Part shown: positions 9,763 through 19,619 of the stretch, piece by piece
Position numbering within the stretch: the first letter of the stretch is position 1
Layout of the letters: every line of letters begins with the position of its first letter
Origin: Longimicrobiales bacterium
GTDB taxonomy: Bacteria > Gemmatimonadota > Gemmatimonadetes > Longimicrobiales > Gaopeijiaceae
Assembly: GCA_965218295.1 (NCBI GenBank)
Contig: CBDCKN010000015.1
Coordinates: 32,001-96,000 of the forward strand
Direction: 5' to 3'
DNA: 64,000 nt
Program-made: the position numbers and the translations under genes
Notes under the pieces: model-generated
Database searches by the model: none
What the model was told of the DNA's origin: nothing
The model's input: only the letters and a program-made list of their open reading frames with translations

Positions 9763-10467
9763 GTGAAGCTTGTATCCTTGAGATACATTCGAATGATCCA
9801 GAGGGACCAACCCGTGTTCGCACTCGTCTCCGTTGTAGGAATCCTCACCATGCTCTTGGTGGTGACGAGCTCCGTGGTGTACCTCGTGTTGCCACGTGGA
9901 CGCATGTGCCCACGCTGCGGTGGCTGCACCAGCCCCATCGTGCTGCGCAGGATGTTGCGCGTCCTTTCACCATGGGTCCAATGGCGGTGGTGCTTCCGGT
10001 GCGAGTGGGAAGGCCCAGGCAGAACGGGCCCGGAGCTGGGCATCCTCGACCCGCCGGTCGACCATGAATCCGGCTTCAGATGGGGTCACCCCAACCTCCA
10101 GGGCGTTCCGGTCTTCTACTGGAGAGACGAAACCGAGACAGCGGAGACCTCCGGCACCCCGTCGGCCCATCCTTCCGGGTTCGACTGGGCCTCGGACGAG
10201 CGGGAGGGCGCCGACCGACGGGTGGTCGAGCGCCGTCAGGCCCGTCGGGCCGATCACGCGTCAGGATTTCATTTTCGGGCCTCGGAGGAGGTCGCCCCGC
10301 CCGGCTTCCAGTGGGCATCCAGCAAGCGGTCGGCTGACGAGGACGCCGAAGAGCAGTCCCGTCCCCCCTCGCAGCGACCCTGGTATCTTGCCTGGTTAGT
10401 CTCCAAGGAGCCGCCGGGCTTTCAGTGGAAGGTCCAGGGGACTAGAAAGCCGCCAGCAAGCTCCTAG
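9763..10467 (+). CDS. Membrane-anchored zinc-ribbon protein with repeated GFxW motifs, function unknown
   Basis: One TM helix, CPRC...CFRC, then five [S/P]GFx[W/F] motifs in a polar tail. Start uncertain. Confidence 0.6.
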   Translation: MKLVSLRYIRMIQRDQPVFALVSVVGILTMLLVVTSSVVYLVLPRGRMCPRCGGCTSPIVLRRMLRVLSPWVQWRWCFRCEWEGPGRTGPELGILDPPVDHESGFRWGHPNLQGVPVFYWRDETETAETSGTPSAHPSGFDWASDEREGADRRVVERRQARRADHASGFHFRASEEVAPPGFQWASSKRSADEDAEEQSRPPSQRPWYLAWLVSKEPPGFQWKVQGTRKPPASS

Positions 10468-10502
10468 CTCCTCTTCATGACACGTCCGGGCAGTACCCGC
10501 CG

Positions 10503-10916
10503 CTAGTTCATCCGGTCAGCGCCGTCGGTGGTGCCACCGGTGAGAGGTGCCTCGAGGTCGAAGCGCGGAATGACGACCTCGAACTCCCGGCCGTCGGGAC
10601 GAACGAACGTGTAATACCCCTCCATGAAGCCCGCAGGCGAGCTCAGGATACAGAAGCTCTGGTACTCGTGAGAGTTGCCGGGCTTCAAGGTGGGCTGCTC
10701 TCCCACCACCCCTTCGCCGTCCACTTCCGAGTCCTCGCCCGTGGCGTCATGGATGTGCCAGTGGCGAAAAAGGAGCGTCGCCGGCTCGTCACCCCGGTTC
10801 TCCATCTGCACGAGGTATGTGAAGACGAACCTTCCCTCATCGGGGTCGGAGTGGGACAGGGAGAAGCTCGGTCGTACGGACACGTGAATCCCCTGCGTGG
10901 TCTTCTCATAGCTCAT
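10503..10916 (-). CDS. apaG: ApaG (Co2+/Mg2+ efflux-associated) protein
   Basis: RHWHIHD, GEGVVGEQP, MEGYY, IPRFDL. Confidence 0.92.
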   Translation of the reverse strand: MSYEKTTQGIHVSVRPSFSLSHSDPDEGRFVFTYLVQMENRGDEPATLLFRHWHIHDATGEDSEVDGEGVVGEQPTLKPGNSHEYQSFCILSSPAGFMEGYYTFVRPDGREFEVVIPRFDLEAPLTGGTTDGADRMN

Positions 10917-11046
10917 GAGGGCATCATAGGCCGAACGCCCTCATGGCGCCAACGACCCGGAGAGGGCCTGCGGATGGGATGGGAGAACGCCTGTCCCGAG
11001 GCCGCCCCGGACTTTCCGCGCGTGTGGCGTTCGCCCATGTTTACGC

Positions 11047-11736
11047 ATGGAAGACCCCTCCCCCAAGCCTCTCACTCGATCGGTCGAGGACTACCTCAAG
11101 GCGGTCTACTCCCTCACCGAACGTGGTGAGGCCGCCTCCACCAGCTCCCTGGCCGCGGCCCTCGAAGTCCAGCCCGCATCAGTAACCGGGATGGTGAAGC
11201 GGCTGGCCGAGAGCGGCTACGTCGAGCATGCCCGTTATCGCGGAGTCCGGCTCACCGAGACGGGGACCCGGGAGGCGCTGAGGATCATTCGGCGGCACCG
11301 CATCCTGGAGACCTACCTGCACGTGCAGCTGGGTTACTCATGGGATGACGTCCACGCCGAAGCCGAGCGCCTGGAGCACGCCGCGTCCGAGGAGCTCATC
11401 GACCGCATGGCGGCCGTGCTGAAGTATCCCAGCCACGATCCTCACGGAGCCCCCATCCCGACCCGGGCTGGCGACATCGAGGCCTCCAACTTCGCCACCC
11501 TCGACGAGGTGGATCTCGGAGCCACCGTCCAGATACGGGCCGTCCAGGACGAGGACCCGGAGCGCTTACGGTATATGGAGGCGTTGGGGTTGACCCCGGG
11601 GGCGCTGCTCACGGTGGTGGATCATGCCCCCTATGACGGCCCCCTGACGGTGGCTTTGGCGGATGTCCCGGGCACCGAAGTCATCGGATCCGAGCTCGCG
11701 GCAAAGATCTTCGTCGCCCCTGTTCCCAGCGAATAG
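11047..11736 (+). CDS. DtxR/MntR-family metal-dependent repressor with FeoA/SH3 domain
   Basis: EDYLKAVY, SVTGMVKRL, RRHRILE, HAEAERLEH, DPHGAPIP. Confidence 0.92.
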   Translation: MEDPSPKPLTRSVEDYLKAVYSLTERGEAASTSSLAAALEVQPASVTGMVKRLAESGYVEHARYRGVRLTETGTREALRIIRRHRILETYLHVQLGYSWDDVHAEAERLEHAASEELIDRMAAVLKYPSHDPHGAPIPTRAGDIEASNFATLDEVDLGATVQIRAVQDEDPERLRYMEALGLTPGALLTVVDHAPYDGPLTVALADVPGTEVIGSELAAKIFVAPVPSE

Positions 11737-11814
11737 GACACCGTCGACCCGTCCGCCTGGGCAACCTCCCCCCCGACCGTCGGGCGCGGCGTCCAGTGGG
11801 CCCACGCCTACGCC

Positions 11815-11976
11815 GAAGGTGACCACGTCGCCCTGGGACAGGGGTTCACCGAGCGCATCCTCGTCCACTCCCGGAGCCTCGAGGATTCGCCCCACGCTCA
11901 CGTGCCCCGGGATGATCGGATAGGGCACGCCGGCTAGGCGCCCATGGTGAAGGTGGACATCCGTTCCACACACCTC
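11815..11976 (-). pseudogene. Remnant of a zinc-binding alcohol dehydrogenase (about 54 codons)
   Basis: EVCGTDVHLHHG...PYPIIPGHVSVGRI...GDVVTF is a GroES-like N-terminal piece with neither start nor remainder. Confidence 0.7.
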
Positions 11977-12059
11977 GCGGACTGACCGCGTGCTCGTTAG
12001 TGTCTCTCGTTCTCAGGCGTTGGCCCCGCAGTCAACATACACCGTAACGCCAATCCAAA

Positions 12060-13049
12060 TTGAACAAAGTTCTCGCACGGCTCCAAGAGTGGCCCCGGAG
12101 CTCATTCGTCAGGGAGCCCACACCCCTGCTGCAGGCACCGAACCTGGCCCGCGTCCTCGGAAGAGAGGCGTCCGACGTGCTCCTGAAGATGGACGCCGAG
12201 ACCTCCTTCGGACTGGGGGGCAACAAGGCAAGGAAGCTGGAGTTCGAGCTGGCCCCACCACGTCTGGAGGGGGCGACGTGCGTCATCACATGTGGCGGCC
12301 CTCAGTCCAATCACTCCCGCCTGACCGCAGCGGCTGCGGCCCGCCTCGGCCTTCGATGCATCCTGGTCGTGAACGGGGACATCCCCGATCCCCCCTCAGG
12401 GAACGCCTACCTCCACAAGCTCTTCGGCGCCGAGATACACCCTGTCAATACCCGGGAGGAGCGCGATTCGGCCATGGCGGCAGTAGCCGCGGAGGTCGAG
12501 GCGAGCGGAGGCAAGGCCATCGTCATCCCCCTGGGTGCCTCGACTCCGCTGGGAGCCCTGGGCTACGTGCGGGCCGCCGGCGAGATCGTGGACCAGTGGC
12601 AGGCGCTTCCGGCCACCGGAACGACATGGGTCTTCGTCTCGGCCTCCTCCTGTGGCACCTATGCGGGGCTCGCCCTGGGCTTCGCCTTGCTAGAGCGCAC
12701 GGACGTGAGGTTGGTTGGCGTGAGCCCCGACGTCGATACCGAGGAGATTCTGGATCTTACCGAGAAGCTGTGCCGGGGTGCCGCAGAGCTGCTCCGCACC
12801 TCCATCTCGCTACCAGCGGATCTCCTGCTGCCTGCCGAGGACTACGTCGGGCCGGGGTACGGTATCCCCACGGAAGCGTCGAACGAGGCCATGTCGCTCC
12901 TGGCCCGCACCGAGGGAGTCCTGCTGGATCCGGTCTACACGGCCAAGACTGCCGCCGCCATGCTCGACTGGGCTCGGACGGGGAGGGCGCCCTCGGGCGA
13001 TCGCCTGGTCCTCTGGCACACCGGGGGCTATCCCGCCGCCTTCGCGTGA
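12060..13049 (+). CDS. D-cysteine desulfhydrase / ACC deaminase family PLP enzyme
   Basis: PTPL, GGNKARKLE, QSNH, SCGT, GPGYG, LDPVYTAK, HTGG; TTG start. Confidence 0.9.
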   Translation: MNKVLARLQEWPRSSFVREPTPLLQAPNLARVLGREASDVLLKMDAETSFGLGGNKARKLEFELAPPRLEGATCVITCGGPQSNHSRLTAAAAARLGLRCILVVNGDIPDPPSGNAYLHKLFGAEIHPVNTREERDSAMAAVAAEVEASGGKAIVIPLGASTPLGALGYVRAAGEIVDQWQALPATGTTWVFVSASSCGTYAGLALGFALLERTDVRLVGVSPDVDTEEILDLTEKLCRGAAELLRTSISLPADLLLPAEDYVGPGYGIPTEASNEAMSLLARTEGVLLDPVYTAKTAAAMLDWARTGRAPSGDRLVLWHTGGYPAAFA

Positions 13050-13158
13050 TCGGAGCCCTCGTGATCGACCTCCGAGCGGGCTCGTAGCGCGCCTACCGGC
13101 CGCTCCTTATCTTCGAACAGTCCTGAGGACGTCCCCCTTCTACCTCCGTTTTCCTAAT

Positions 13159-14091
13159 ATGGACGTAGTAGATCACCTTAGCCGCATTCCGCTTTTCGAA
13201 GGGCTCGAGCCGGAGGCCCTCAAGAAGCTCGCGGGTCTTACGCGGACGGTCTCGTTCCCGACGGACGCCAGGATCGTGGAGATGGGTGAGTCGGGGCTCT
13301 CCCTCTTCGTCGTTCTCGAGGGGCAGGTGCGGGTTCTCTACCCGGCGAGAAGCTCCGATTTCGAGCTGGCCCGCCTGGGCCCCGGAGACTTTTTCGGCGA
13401 GATGGCCCTGCTCAACGACAAGCCTCGGAGCGCGACCGTTCAGGCCGTTGAAGACGTGGAGCAGCTTCTGGTCCTGGAGCAGGACGACTTCCGCGATGTC
13501 TTGCTCGAGGCGCCGTCGGTAGCCATCCAGCTCATCGAGAGCCTTTCGATTCGTATCCGCAGCGCCGACGAGCACATCAGCAGCCTCAGCGATAAGGCCA
13601 TGCGCGACCCTCTCACCGGGCTCATGAACTGACGAGCCTACAGGGAGCGCATCAAAGAGGAAGTGGATCGGGCCCTACGCTACGACGAGCGCTTCTCCCT
13701 GATCCTTCTCGACCTGGACCAGTTCAAGTCCATCAACGACACCTTCGGCCACGACGTGGGGGACGTGGTCCTCGGGTGGATCGGTCGGCTCCTGACCGAG
13801 CATACGCGCTCAGCCGACACGCCGTTCAGGATTGGCGGCGAGGAGTTTGCCATCCTGGCACCGAGCACGGAAGGCAGCGTCGCCCACAACGTCACGCAGC
13901 GCCTGGTGGAAGTGGTAGCCGAAGCCCGACCGCCTGTGGACTTCGAGCTGAGGGTCACGATGTCTGGTGGCTACGCCTGCTGCCCCGACCACACGGCTTC
14001 TCCCGAGGCACTGTTCACCTTGGCGGACAAAGCTCTGTTCCAGGCCAAGGCCGAAGGGCGTAACCGTGTCTGTCAGCCGGCGACGGACTGA
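13159..14091 (+). pseudogene. cNMP-binding plus GGDEF diguanylate cyclase with in-frame TGA at 13630
   Basis: cNMP motif FGEMALL..PRSATV, then DPLTGLMN*RA, DLDQFKSINDTFGHDVGD, RSAD I-site and RIGGEEF, all in one frame. Confidence 0.88.
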
Positions 14092-14092
14092 C

Positions 14093-14135
14093 GAAAAGAA
14101 AAAGGCCCGGTCGGCCTAAGAAAGCCAACCGGACC
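14093..14135 (-). terminator. Intrinsic terminator on the minus strand
   Basis: GGTCCGGTTGGC-loop-GCCGACCGGGCC followed by TTTTTCTTTT. Confidence 0.8.
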
Positions 14136-14350
14136 TGGAGTCAGAACCTCCCCAGAACACCACCACCCCACGTCCTCACGACCACTGCGTCCGCACCGTA
14201 CCACCGGGAAAGTCCTGACACCTTCCGCACCGGCCCGATCCCATCCACTTTCCCTACGTGTTGGATGCCAAAAGGGTTCAGTCGGTTGCATCCCCACCCG
14301 ATGCCCACATCACTATCTACACCGTTCAGAGCTCGGCATTACAGCAAGCT

Positions 14351-14758
14351 CTAGAGCGCCCGATACACTCCCACCCTCAGCGGCGGATCGATGCTGGAGT
14401 AGAAGTAGAGACAGTTCTCACCCTCCACCACGACGTTCTTCTGACGGGTCTTGGTCTTGGGGTAGTCCTTGCCCTGCTCGCTCTCGATGAAGAGGACCTG
14501 ACTCTCTTCGAGGCTCTCATGGAGAACCGAGAGCTGGGCCAGCAGATCGTCCAGCATGACGGACTCGACCTCGTCCTGCACATCTCCCTCGGCCTGGGCA
14601 GTCAAGCCGTGCTCTGAGAGCTTCTCGTGAGCCTGAAAGAACTCTTCGCCCGGCGTGGACACCTGGTGATCACGCATGAACGCAATCTCGGTGAGGGCCT
14701 TAGAGTCGAAATTCGTCTCGACGCTGTGCACGTCTTTGTCGTATCGGCGCAGTATCAT
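14351..14758 (-). CDS. Hypothetical protein (135 aa)
   Basis: ATG start 9 bp after the helicase stop; protein-like acidic composition. Confidence 0.7.
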   Translation of the reverse strand: MILRRYDKDVHSVETNFDSKALTEIAFMRDHQVSTPGEEFFQAHEKLSEHGLTAQAEGDVQDEVESVMLDDLLAQLSVLHESLEESQVLFIESEQGKDYPKTKTRQKNVVVEGENCLYFYSSIDPPLRVGVYRAL

Positions 14759-14767
14759 TTCTCGTCA

Positions 14768-16048
14768 CTAATGCTCGAGAAGCTTCGCCAGCTCCTCGTC
14801 CGTGAGCTCGTCGGCGAGGCGAGATCCCATCCCCGTCGGCGAGCGGGAGTGCCGCCCTCGGGTAGGCGACGCGCTGGCGCCGGTTTGTGGCGTTCCCGCG
14901 TAGTCGAACTCGGGGAGGTGTATGCGCTCGAGCTCCCTGCCGATGTGATACGTGAGCGACTTGAAGGCCCCCAGATCTCCGGCGGCCAGGAACGTCACGG
15001 CGGTACCGACGGCCCCGGCGCGGGCCGTGCGACCGATCCGGTGTACATAGTCCTCCGGATCCTGGGGCACATCGTAGTTGACCACGTGAGAGATGCCCTC
15101 TACGTCCAAGCCGCGCTGGGCGATGTCTGTGGCCACAAGGACCCGCACCTTCTTCTCGGCGAACCGCTCCAACGACCTGGTCCGATGCACCATGCGGAGA
15201 TTCGAGTGCAAGGCCTCCGTGCGGATGCCGTCACGGTCGAGACGCGTCTCGAGCGCGTCGGCCCCCGCCTTGGTTCTCGTGAAGACCAGGACCTGCTCCC
15301 AATCCGGATCCTCCAGAAGACGCAGCAGCAGGTCCGGCTTCATCTCCGGCTTCACCGAGTACACCAGCTCGGTGATCCCCTCGGCCTTCGTTCCCGACGG
15401 AGCCACCTCGACCCAGACGGCCTCCCGGGTGATGCGAGAGGCCAGGTCGTGGACGCCGTGGGGCATGGTGGCCGAGAACAGCATGGTCTGCCGATCCCGG
15501 GGAGCCTCTCTCAGCACCCCCTCGATCTGAGGGCGAAAGCCCATGTCGAGCATGCGGTCCGCTTCGTCGAGGATCAACGTGCGCACCGCACCGAGCTTGA
15601 CCCTGCCACGTCCCATGTGATCGAGAAAACGGCCAGGCGTGGCAGTGATGACCTCCACGCCCTTCTGGAGTGCATCCAGCTGCGGGCCGTAACTGACCCC
15701 GCCGTAGATCGACGCAGACCGGATCTTCGTACCCTTGGCCAGGGCCTCGGTGTCATCAGACACCTGCTGGGCAAGCTCCCGGGTGGGGCACAGCACCAGG
15801 ACTTGAAGTCCTCCACCCGCCTCGATCTTCTCCAGGCAGGGGATCATGAAGGCGCCGGTCTTTCCGGTACCGGTCTGGGCGATCCCCACGAGATCGTGCC
15901 CCTCGAGCCCCGCCGGGATGCCCTTCGTCTGAATGGGAGTCGGACGCTCCCACCCCAGGGACTCGATGGCGGCGCGCAATGCGTCCGATACACCCAGGGC
16001 CTCGAAGGTCATGCCCTCAGTCGCTTCATCTCTGGTCTCGTCTTCCAC
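14768..16048 (-). CDS. DEAD-box RNA helicase (RhlE-like)
   Basis: Q motif, AQTGTGKT, PTRELA, TPGR, DEAD, SAT, ATDIAQRGLD and HRIGRTAR intact. Start is GTG 16048 or ATG 16012. Confidence 0.93.
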   Translation of the reverse strand: MEDETRDEATEGMTFEALGVSDALRAAIESLGWERPTPIQTKGIPAGLEGHDLVGIAQTGTGKTGAFMIPCLEKIEAGGGLQVLVLCPTRELAQQVSDDTEALAKGTKIRSASIYGGVSYGPQLDALQKGVEVITATPGRFLDHMGRGRVKLGAVRTLILDEADRMLDMGFRPQIEGVLREAPRDRQTMLFSATMPHGVHDLASRITREAVWVEVAPSGTKAEGITELVYSVKPEMKPDLLLRLLEDPDWEQVLVFTRTKAGADALETRLDRDGIRTEALHSNLRMVHRTRSLERFAEKKVRVLVATDIAQRGLDVEGISHVVNYDVPQDPEDYVHRIGRTARAGAVGTAVTFLAAGDLGAFKSLTYHIGRELERIHLPEFDYAGTPQTGASASPTRGRHSRSPTGMGSRLADELTDEELAKLLEH

Positions 16049-16181
16049 CAGGGTTCTTCTCGGGATGGGCCGGCAGGGACCACGACTCGGCATGAATGTG
16101 GGGTGCGGCTGGCTCGGGATCAGCCTATAAGTTTAGGGTAAAGGTCCGAGATTCAAAGACTTCATACGCCACCGGTCTGCC

Positions 16182-16676
16182 ATGACGAGCACTCCCGAGA
16201 TATCCGTTCTATTCGTCTGTCTGGGTAACATCTGCCGATCACCGCTGGCCGAGGGGGTGCTGTCCCACCGGCTAGAAGAGGCAGGCCTGTCCGATCAGGT
16301 CTATGTCGACTCCGCAGGCACGGGGGCCTGGCACGTGGGGCAGGCCCCGGACACCCGGTCAGCGGCGGTGGCCGAGCGAAACGGAATCGAGCTCCGGGGC
16401 CGCGCACGTGGCGTGCGCATCGAGGACTTCTTCGAGTTCGAGCTCGTCCTGGCCATGGATCGCGGCAACCTCCAGGACCTGAAAGATCTCGAGTCCGGTA
16501 GCGGATCCGACGCTGCCATCAGGCTCTTCCGGGAGTTCGACCCGGAGCAGGATGGCGATCCCGACGTCCCGGATCCCTACTACGGGGGCCCCGATGGCTT
16601 CCAGCGGGTCTTCGAGATGGTCGATCGGACGTGCGCGGCCTTGGTGGATCATCTACGTCGCGAGCTCGCCTCGTGA
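16182..16676 (+). CDS. Low molecular weight phosphotyrosine phosphatase
   Basis: VCLGNICRSP, DSAGT, DPYYG. Confidence 0.93.
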   Translation: MTSTPEISVLFVCLGNICRSPLAEGVLSHRLEEAGLSDQVYVDSAGTGAWHVGQAPDTRSAAVAERNGIELRGRARGVRIEDFFEFELVLAMDRGNLQDLKDLESGSGSDAAIRLFREFDPEQDGDPDVPDPYYGGPDGFQRVFEMVDRTCAALVDHLRRELAS

Positions 16677-17581
16677 GCCTGGGTCTTCCTCCCAATCTCA
16701 AGGCCTCCATTCAGCGCTGCCTCACCGAGAGTAGCGGGCGAGCCGTCGAAGTACTCGAGGCGAGCCCTATGACCGGCGGATGCATCCATCGCAGCGTCAG
16801 GCTCTCCACGGACATGGGAGAGAGCTTCTTCCTCAAGTGGAGCCCGGATCCCGGAGGGGATGACTTCCTCGCCGAGGCCGACGGCCTAGAGGCCCTCGCC
16901 GCCTCAGGGGGCCCAACAGTACCGGAAGTGATCGGGTATTCGCCTCCGGCCGAGACACCCTCGTGGCTCTTGCTGGAGTTCGTTTCCCACGGCCGCCCGG
17001 CACCCGACTACTGGGAGGCACTGGGGCAAGGCCTGGCGGATCTCCACGGGATCCGACCGGAGCCGTACGGCTGGGATCGTCCCAACTACATCGGCTCGTT
17101 GCCGCAAGCCAATGACGTGACGGACGATTGGGAGATCTTCTGGTGGACTCGGCGGCTCCTTCCACAGCTGACGCTAGCGCGAGAGGAAAATCGTGTTCCC
17201 GGCCGCCGGGACGAATGGGAGCTCCTGGAGTCGAGGCTCCCAGGCCTCCTTCCTGCCGACGCCCTCGGGTCGTCCCTCCTGCACGGCGACCTTTGGAGCG
17301 GTAACGTCTTTCCTGGTCCGTCGGGCGAGCCGATCCTGGTGGATCCAGCCGTCTACAGGGGCCACGCGGAGGTCGATCTGGCCATGACCGAGCTCTTCGG
17401 CGGCTTTCCGGCTTCATTCTACTCCGCCTATGAGGCCGTCCGTCCCTTCGCGGGCGGTTACCGGGAGATCCGGAGGCCCCTGTACCAGCTATACCCACTG
17501 CTGGTCCATGTGAACCTCTTCGGTACAGCCTATGTGGACGCTACGTCCCGGGCCCTACAGCAGGTCCTTCGAAACGTCTGA
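16673..17581 (+). CDS. Fructosamine kinase family protein
   Basis: GGCIH, FFLK, EADGL, NYIG, LLHGDLWSGN, DPAVYRGHAEVDLAM; GTGA overlap with the phosphatase gene. Confidence 0.92.
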   Translation: MSLGLPPNLKASIQRCLTESSGRAVEVLEASPMTGGCIHRSVRLSTDMGESFFLKWSPDPGGDDFLAEADGLEALAASGGPTVPEVIGYSPPAETPSWLLLEFVSHGRPAPDYWEALGQGLADLHGIRPEPYGWDRPNYIGSLPQANDVTDDWEIFWWTRRLLPQLTLAREENRVPGRRDEWELLESRLPGLLPADALGSSLLHGDLWSGNVFPGPSGEPILVDPAVYRGHAEVDLAMTELFGGFPASFYSAYEAVRPFAGGYREIRRPLYQLYPLLVHVNLFGTAYVDATSRALQQVLRNV

Positions 17582-17634
17582 TGCCCGGCGTCCGGGTGTG
17601 GCTTCCGTCCGAAGTTCGATCTGGTTGACCCCGG

Positions 17635-18843
17635 TCACCCGGCCACGGACGCCGACTCCTGGATGGCGCCGGCGACCCTCTCGAGAGCCGTCTGGAGCAG
17701 CTCGTCCGATGTGGCAAAGCTGATACGCACATATCGGTCGTCGCCGAACGCCACGCCGGGAACCATGGCTACACCCGTCTCCTCCAGAAGCCAGGAGCAG
17801 AGATCCGCGGAGCCTGAGATTTCGCCTCCGAATAGCGAGTCGACCCTTATGAAGAAGTAGAACGCGCCGCTGGGCTCCACGAACGGGAGCTCCGGGAGGA
17901 GCTCTCCCATGAGCGCAACGATCAGATCCCTCCGACGCCGAAACGCCACGACCATCTCCCGGACCGCCTCGCGAGCTCGTGCCGGATCGCCGAAGGCGCT
18001 CAGTGCAGCCATCTGAGACGGCGTCGCCGCATTCGAGGTGGTGTGGCTCTGGAGAGCGCCCAGCTTCCGCGCCGTCTCCACGTCTGAGTACGAGAAGCCG
18101 ATCCGCCATCCCGTCATGGCAAAACTCTTCGAGGCGCCGTCGATGAGCACATGCCGCCCCACCGACGCCTCCGGGAGCTCGAGGATGCTCGGGGCGGTGG
18201 CCCGATCGTCACCGAAATAGATCTCGCGGTAGATCTCGTCGGCCAGAATGCATACGTCCCGATCCCTGGCCCACTCCGTTATGGCCTGCAGCTCGCCGAG
18301 GGAATAGACCGCTCCCGTGGGATTACAAGGGGAGCACAGAATGAGCCCCTCCGTCCGGTCGCTATACGCGGAGTCGAGATCGTCCGGCGTCAACAGGAAG
18401 TCCCGATCGGGACTCCCCGATACGGTGACCGAGTCCGCCCGGGTCAGGGACACGATCTGGGGGTAGCTGGTCCAGTATGGCGTCGCCACGAGAACCTCGT
18501 CGCCCGGTCCGAAGAGGGCGAAGGCCGCGTTGAACATCGATTGCTTCGCTCCTGCTCCAACGACCACACCCTCCCAGTCGATGGGGCGGCCAGCCAACGG
18601 CTCGAGGTATCCGGCGATGGCACGTCTGAGGTCCGGCATTCCCGCCACAGGGGTGTAGCGGGTCTTGCCCGCACGGATGCCCTCGACGGCCCCGTCCGAG
18701 ATCCACCCAGGGGTGTCGAAGTCGGGCTCGCCCGCGCTGAGGTCGATGATATCGCGGCCTTCGGCCCGGAGGCGCTTGGCCAACGAGCTTACGGCGATGG
18801 TGGCCGAGGGCTGGAGTCGGGAGATGTTGGGGCTGTAATCCAT
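17635..18843 (-). CDS. Aspartate aminotransferase-like class I/II PLP enzyme
   Basis: GEPDFDTP, SPCNPTG, DEIY, SKSFAMTGWRIG, RISFA. Confidence 0.9.
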   Translation of the reverse strand: MDYSPNISRLQPSATIAVSSLAKRLRAEGRDIIDLSAGEPDFDTPGWISDGAVEGIRAGKTRYTPVAGMPDLRRAIAGYLEPLAGRPIDWEGVVVGAGAKQSMFNAAFALFGPGDEVLVATPYWTSYPQIVSLTRADSVTVSGSPDRDFLLTPDDLDSAYSDRTEGLILCSPCNPTGAVYSLGELQAITEWARDRDVCILADEIYREIYFGDDRATAPSILELPEASVGRHVLIDGASKSFAMTGWRIGFSYSDVETARKLGALQSHTTSNAATPSQMAALSAFGDPARAREAVREMVVAFRRRRDLIVALMGELLPELPFVEPSGAFYFFIRVDSLFGGEISGSADLCSWLLEETGVAMVPGVAFGDDRYVRISFATSDELLQTALERVAGAIQESASVAG

Positions 18844-18973
18844 CCCGGAATATCGAGAGAGGTCGTCCCTCAATCAAGTGAGGTCCGCGGCACCCCGGAG
18901 TCGTGGAATCGGGCTTTGTTCGCGGGCCGGCCGCGAGCTTGATCCCTCCCACCGCGAGCAGCAGGTTTCACCT

Positions 18974-19561
18974 GTGAACGAGCGCGCACAGATCGTCTTC
19001 TACTTCGACTACGTCGATCCCGGATCCTACGTTACGGACGTACAGCTGGGGCGGCTTCTGCCCCCCGAAGTCGAGGTTACCCGTCACCCGTTCGAGCTTC
19101 GCCCACCGCCCGAAGACCTCATGGATCCGGGGAGCCCGGAATGGAGGACCTATCGGCAGTCCGTGACGGAACTCGCCGCGGCAGTCAAGCTCGGTCTGGC
19201 CTCTCCCGATTTCATGCCCTGGACCCGCAAAGCCCATGAGCTCAGGCTACACGCCGCCGAGAAGGGCCTGGAGGGCCCCATCCACGACGCACTCTTCAAG
19301 GCACGATTCGAGGACGGGGCGGACATCGGGCGCGTCGACGTTCTGGTGGGTCTGGCGGCGGGCTTGGGCCTGGATCTGACCGAAACCAAGGCCGTGCTCG
19401 ACGTGGACCGCTACGCGGATCGGGTCGCAGAGCTGAGACGCCTAGCGGAGGCAGAGGGTGTAGAGCGCACGCCCACCGTCCACATCGGGTCCGAGCGCCT
19501 TGAAGGTCCGCTTCGGATCGACGACCTTCGAGGGCTCTTGGAGGCAGCGCGTCTCGTGTAG
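18974..19561 (+). CDS. DsbA/FrnE-like thioredoxin-fold protein lacking CxxC
   Basis: FYFDYVDPGSY in place of CPxC; HPFELRP, DIGRVDVL, GVERTPT. Confidence 0.75.
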   Translation: MNERAQIVFYFDYVDPGSYVTDVQLGRLLPPEVEVTRHPFELRPPPEDLMDPGSPEWRTYRQSVTELAAAVKLGLASPDFMPWTRKAHELRLHAAEKGLEGPIHDALFKARFEDGADIGRVDVLVGLAAGLGLDLTETKAVLDVDRYADRVAELRRLAEAEGVERTPTVHIGSERLEGPLRIDDLRGLLEAARLV

Positions 19562-19619
19562 TTCGAGGGTTACGTGACGTGCCGGAAGTACCGCACGAGC
19601 CAATACAGAAGGGCACTCG

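Noticed and set aside
11990..13087. 365-aa alternative-frame ORF
   Set aside because: R/G/P-rich shadow of the D-cysteine desulfhydrase-like gene.
13630..13632. TGA as selenocysteine or genome-wide stop recoding
   Set aside because: The position is a conserved Arg rather than Cys, and TGA ends many intact genes in this window.
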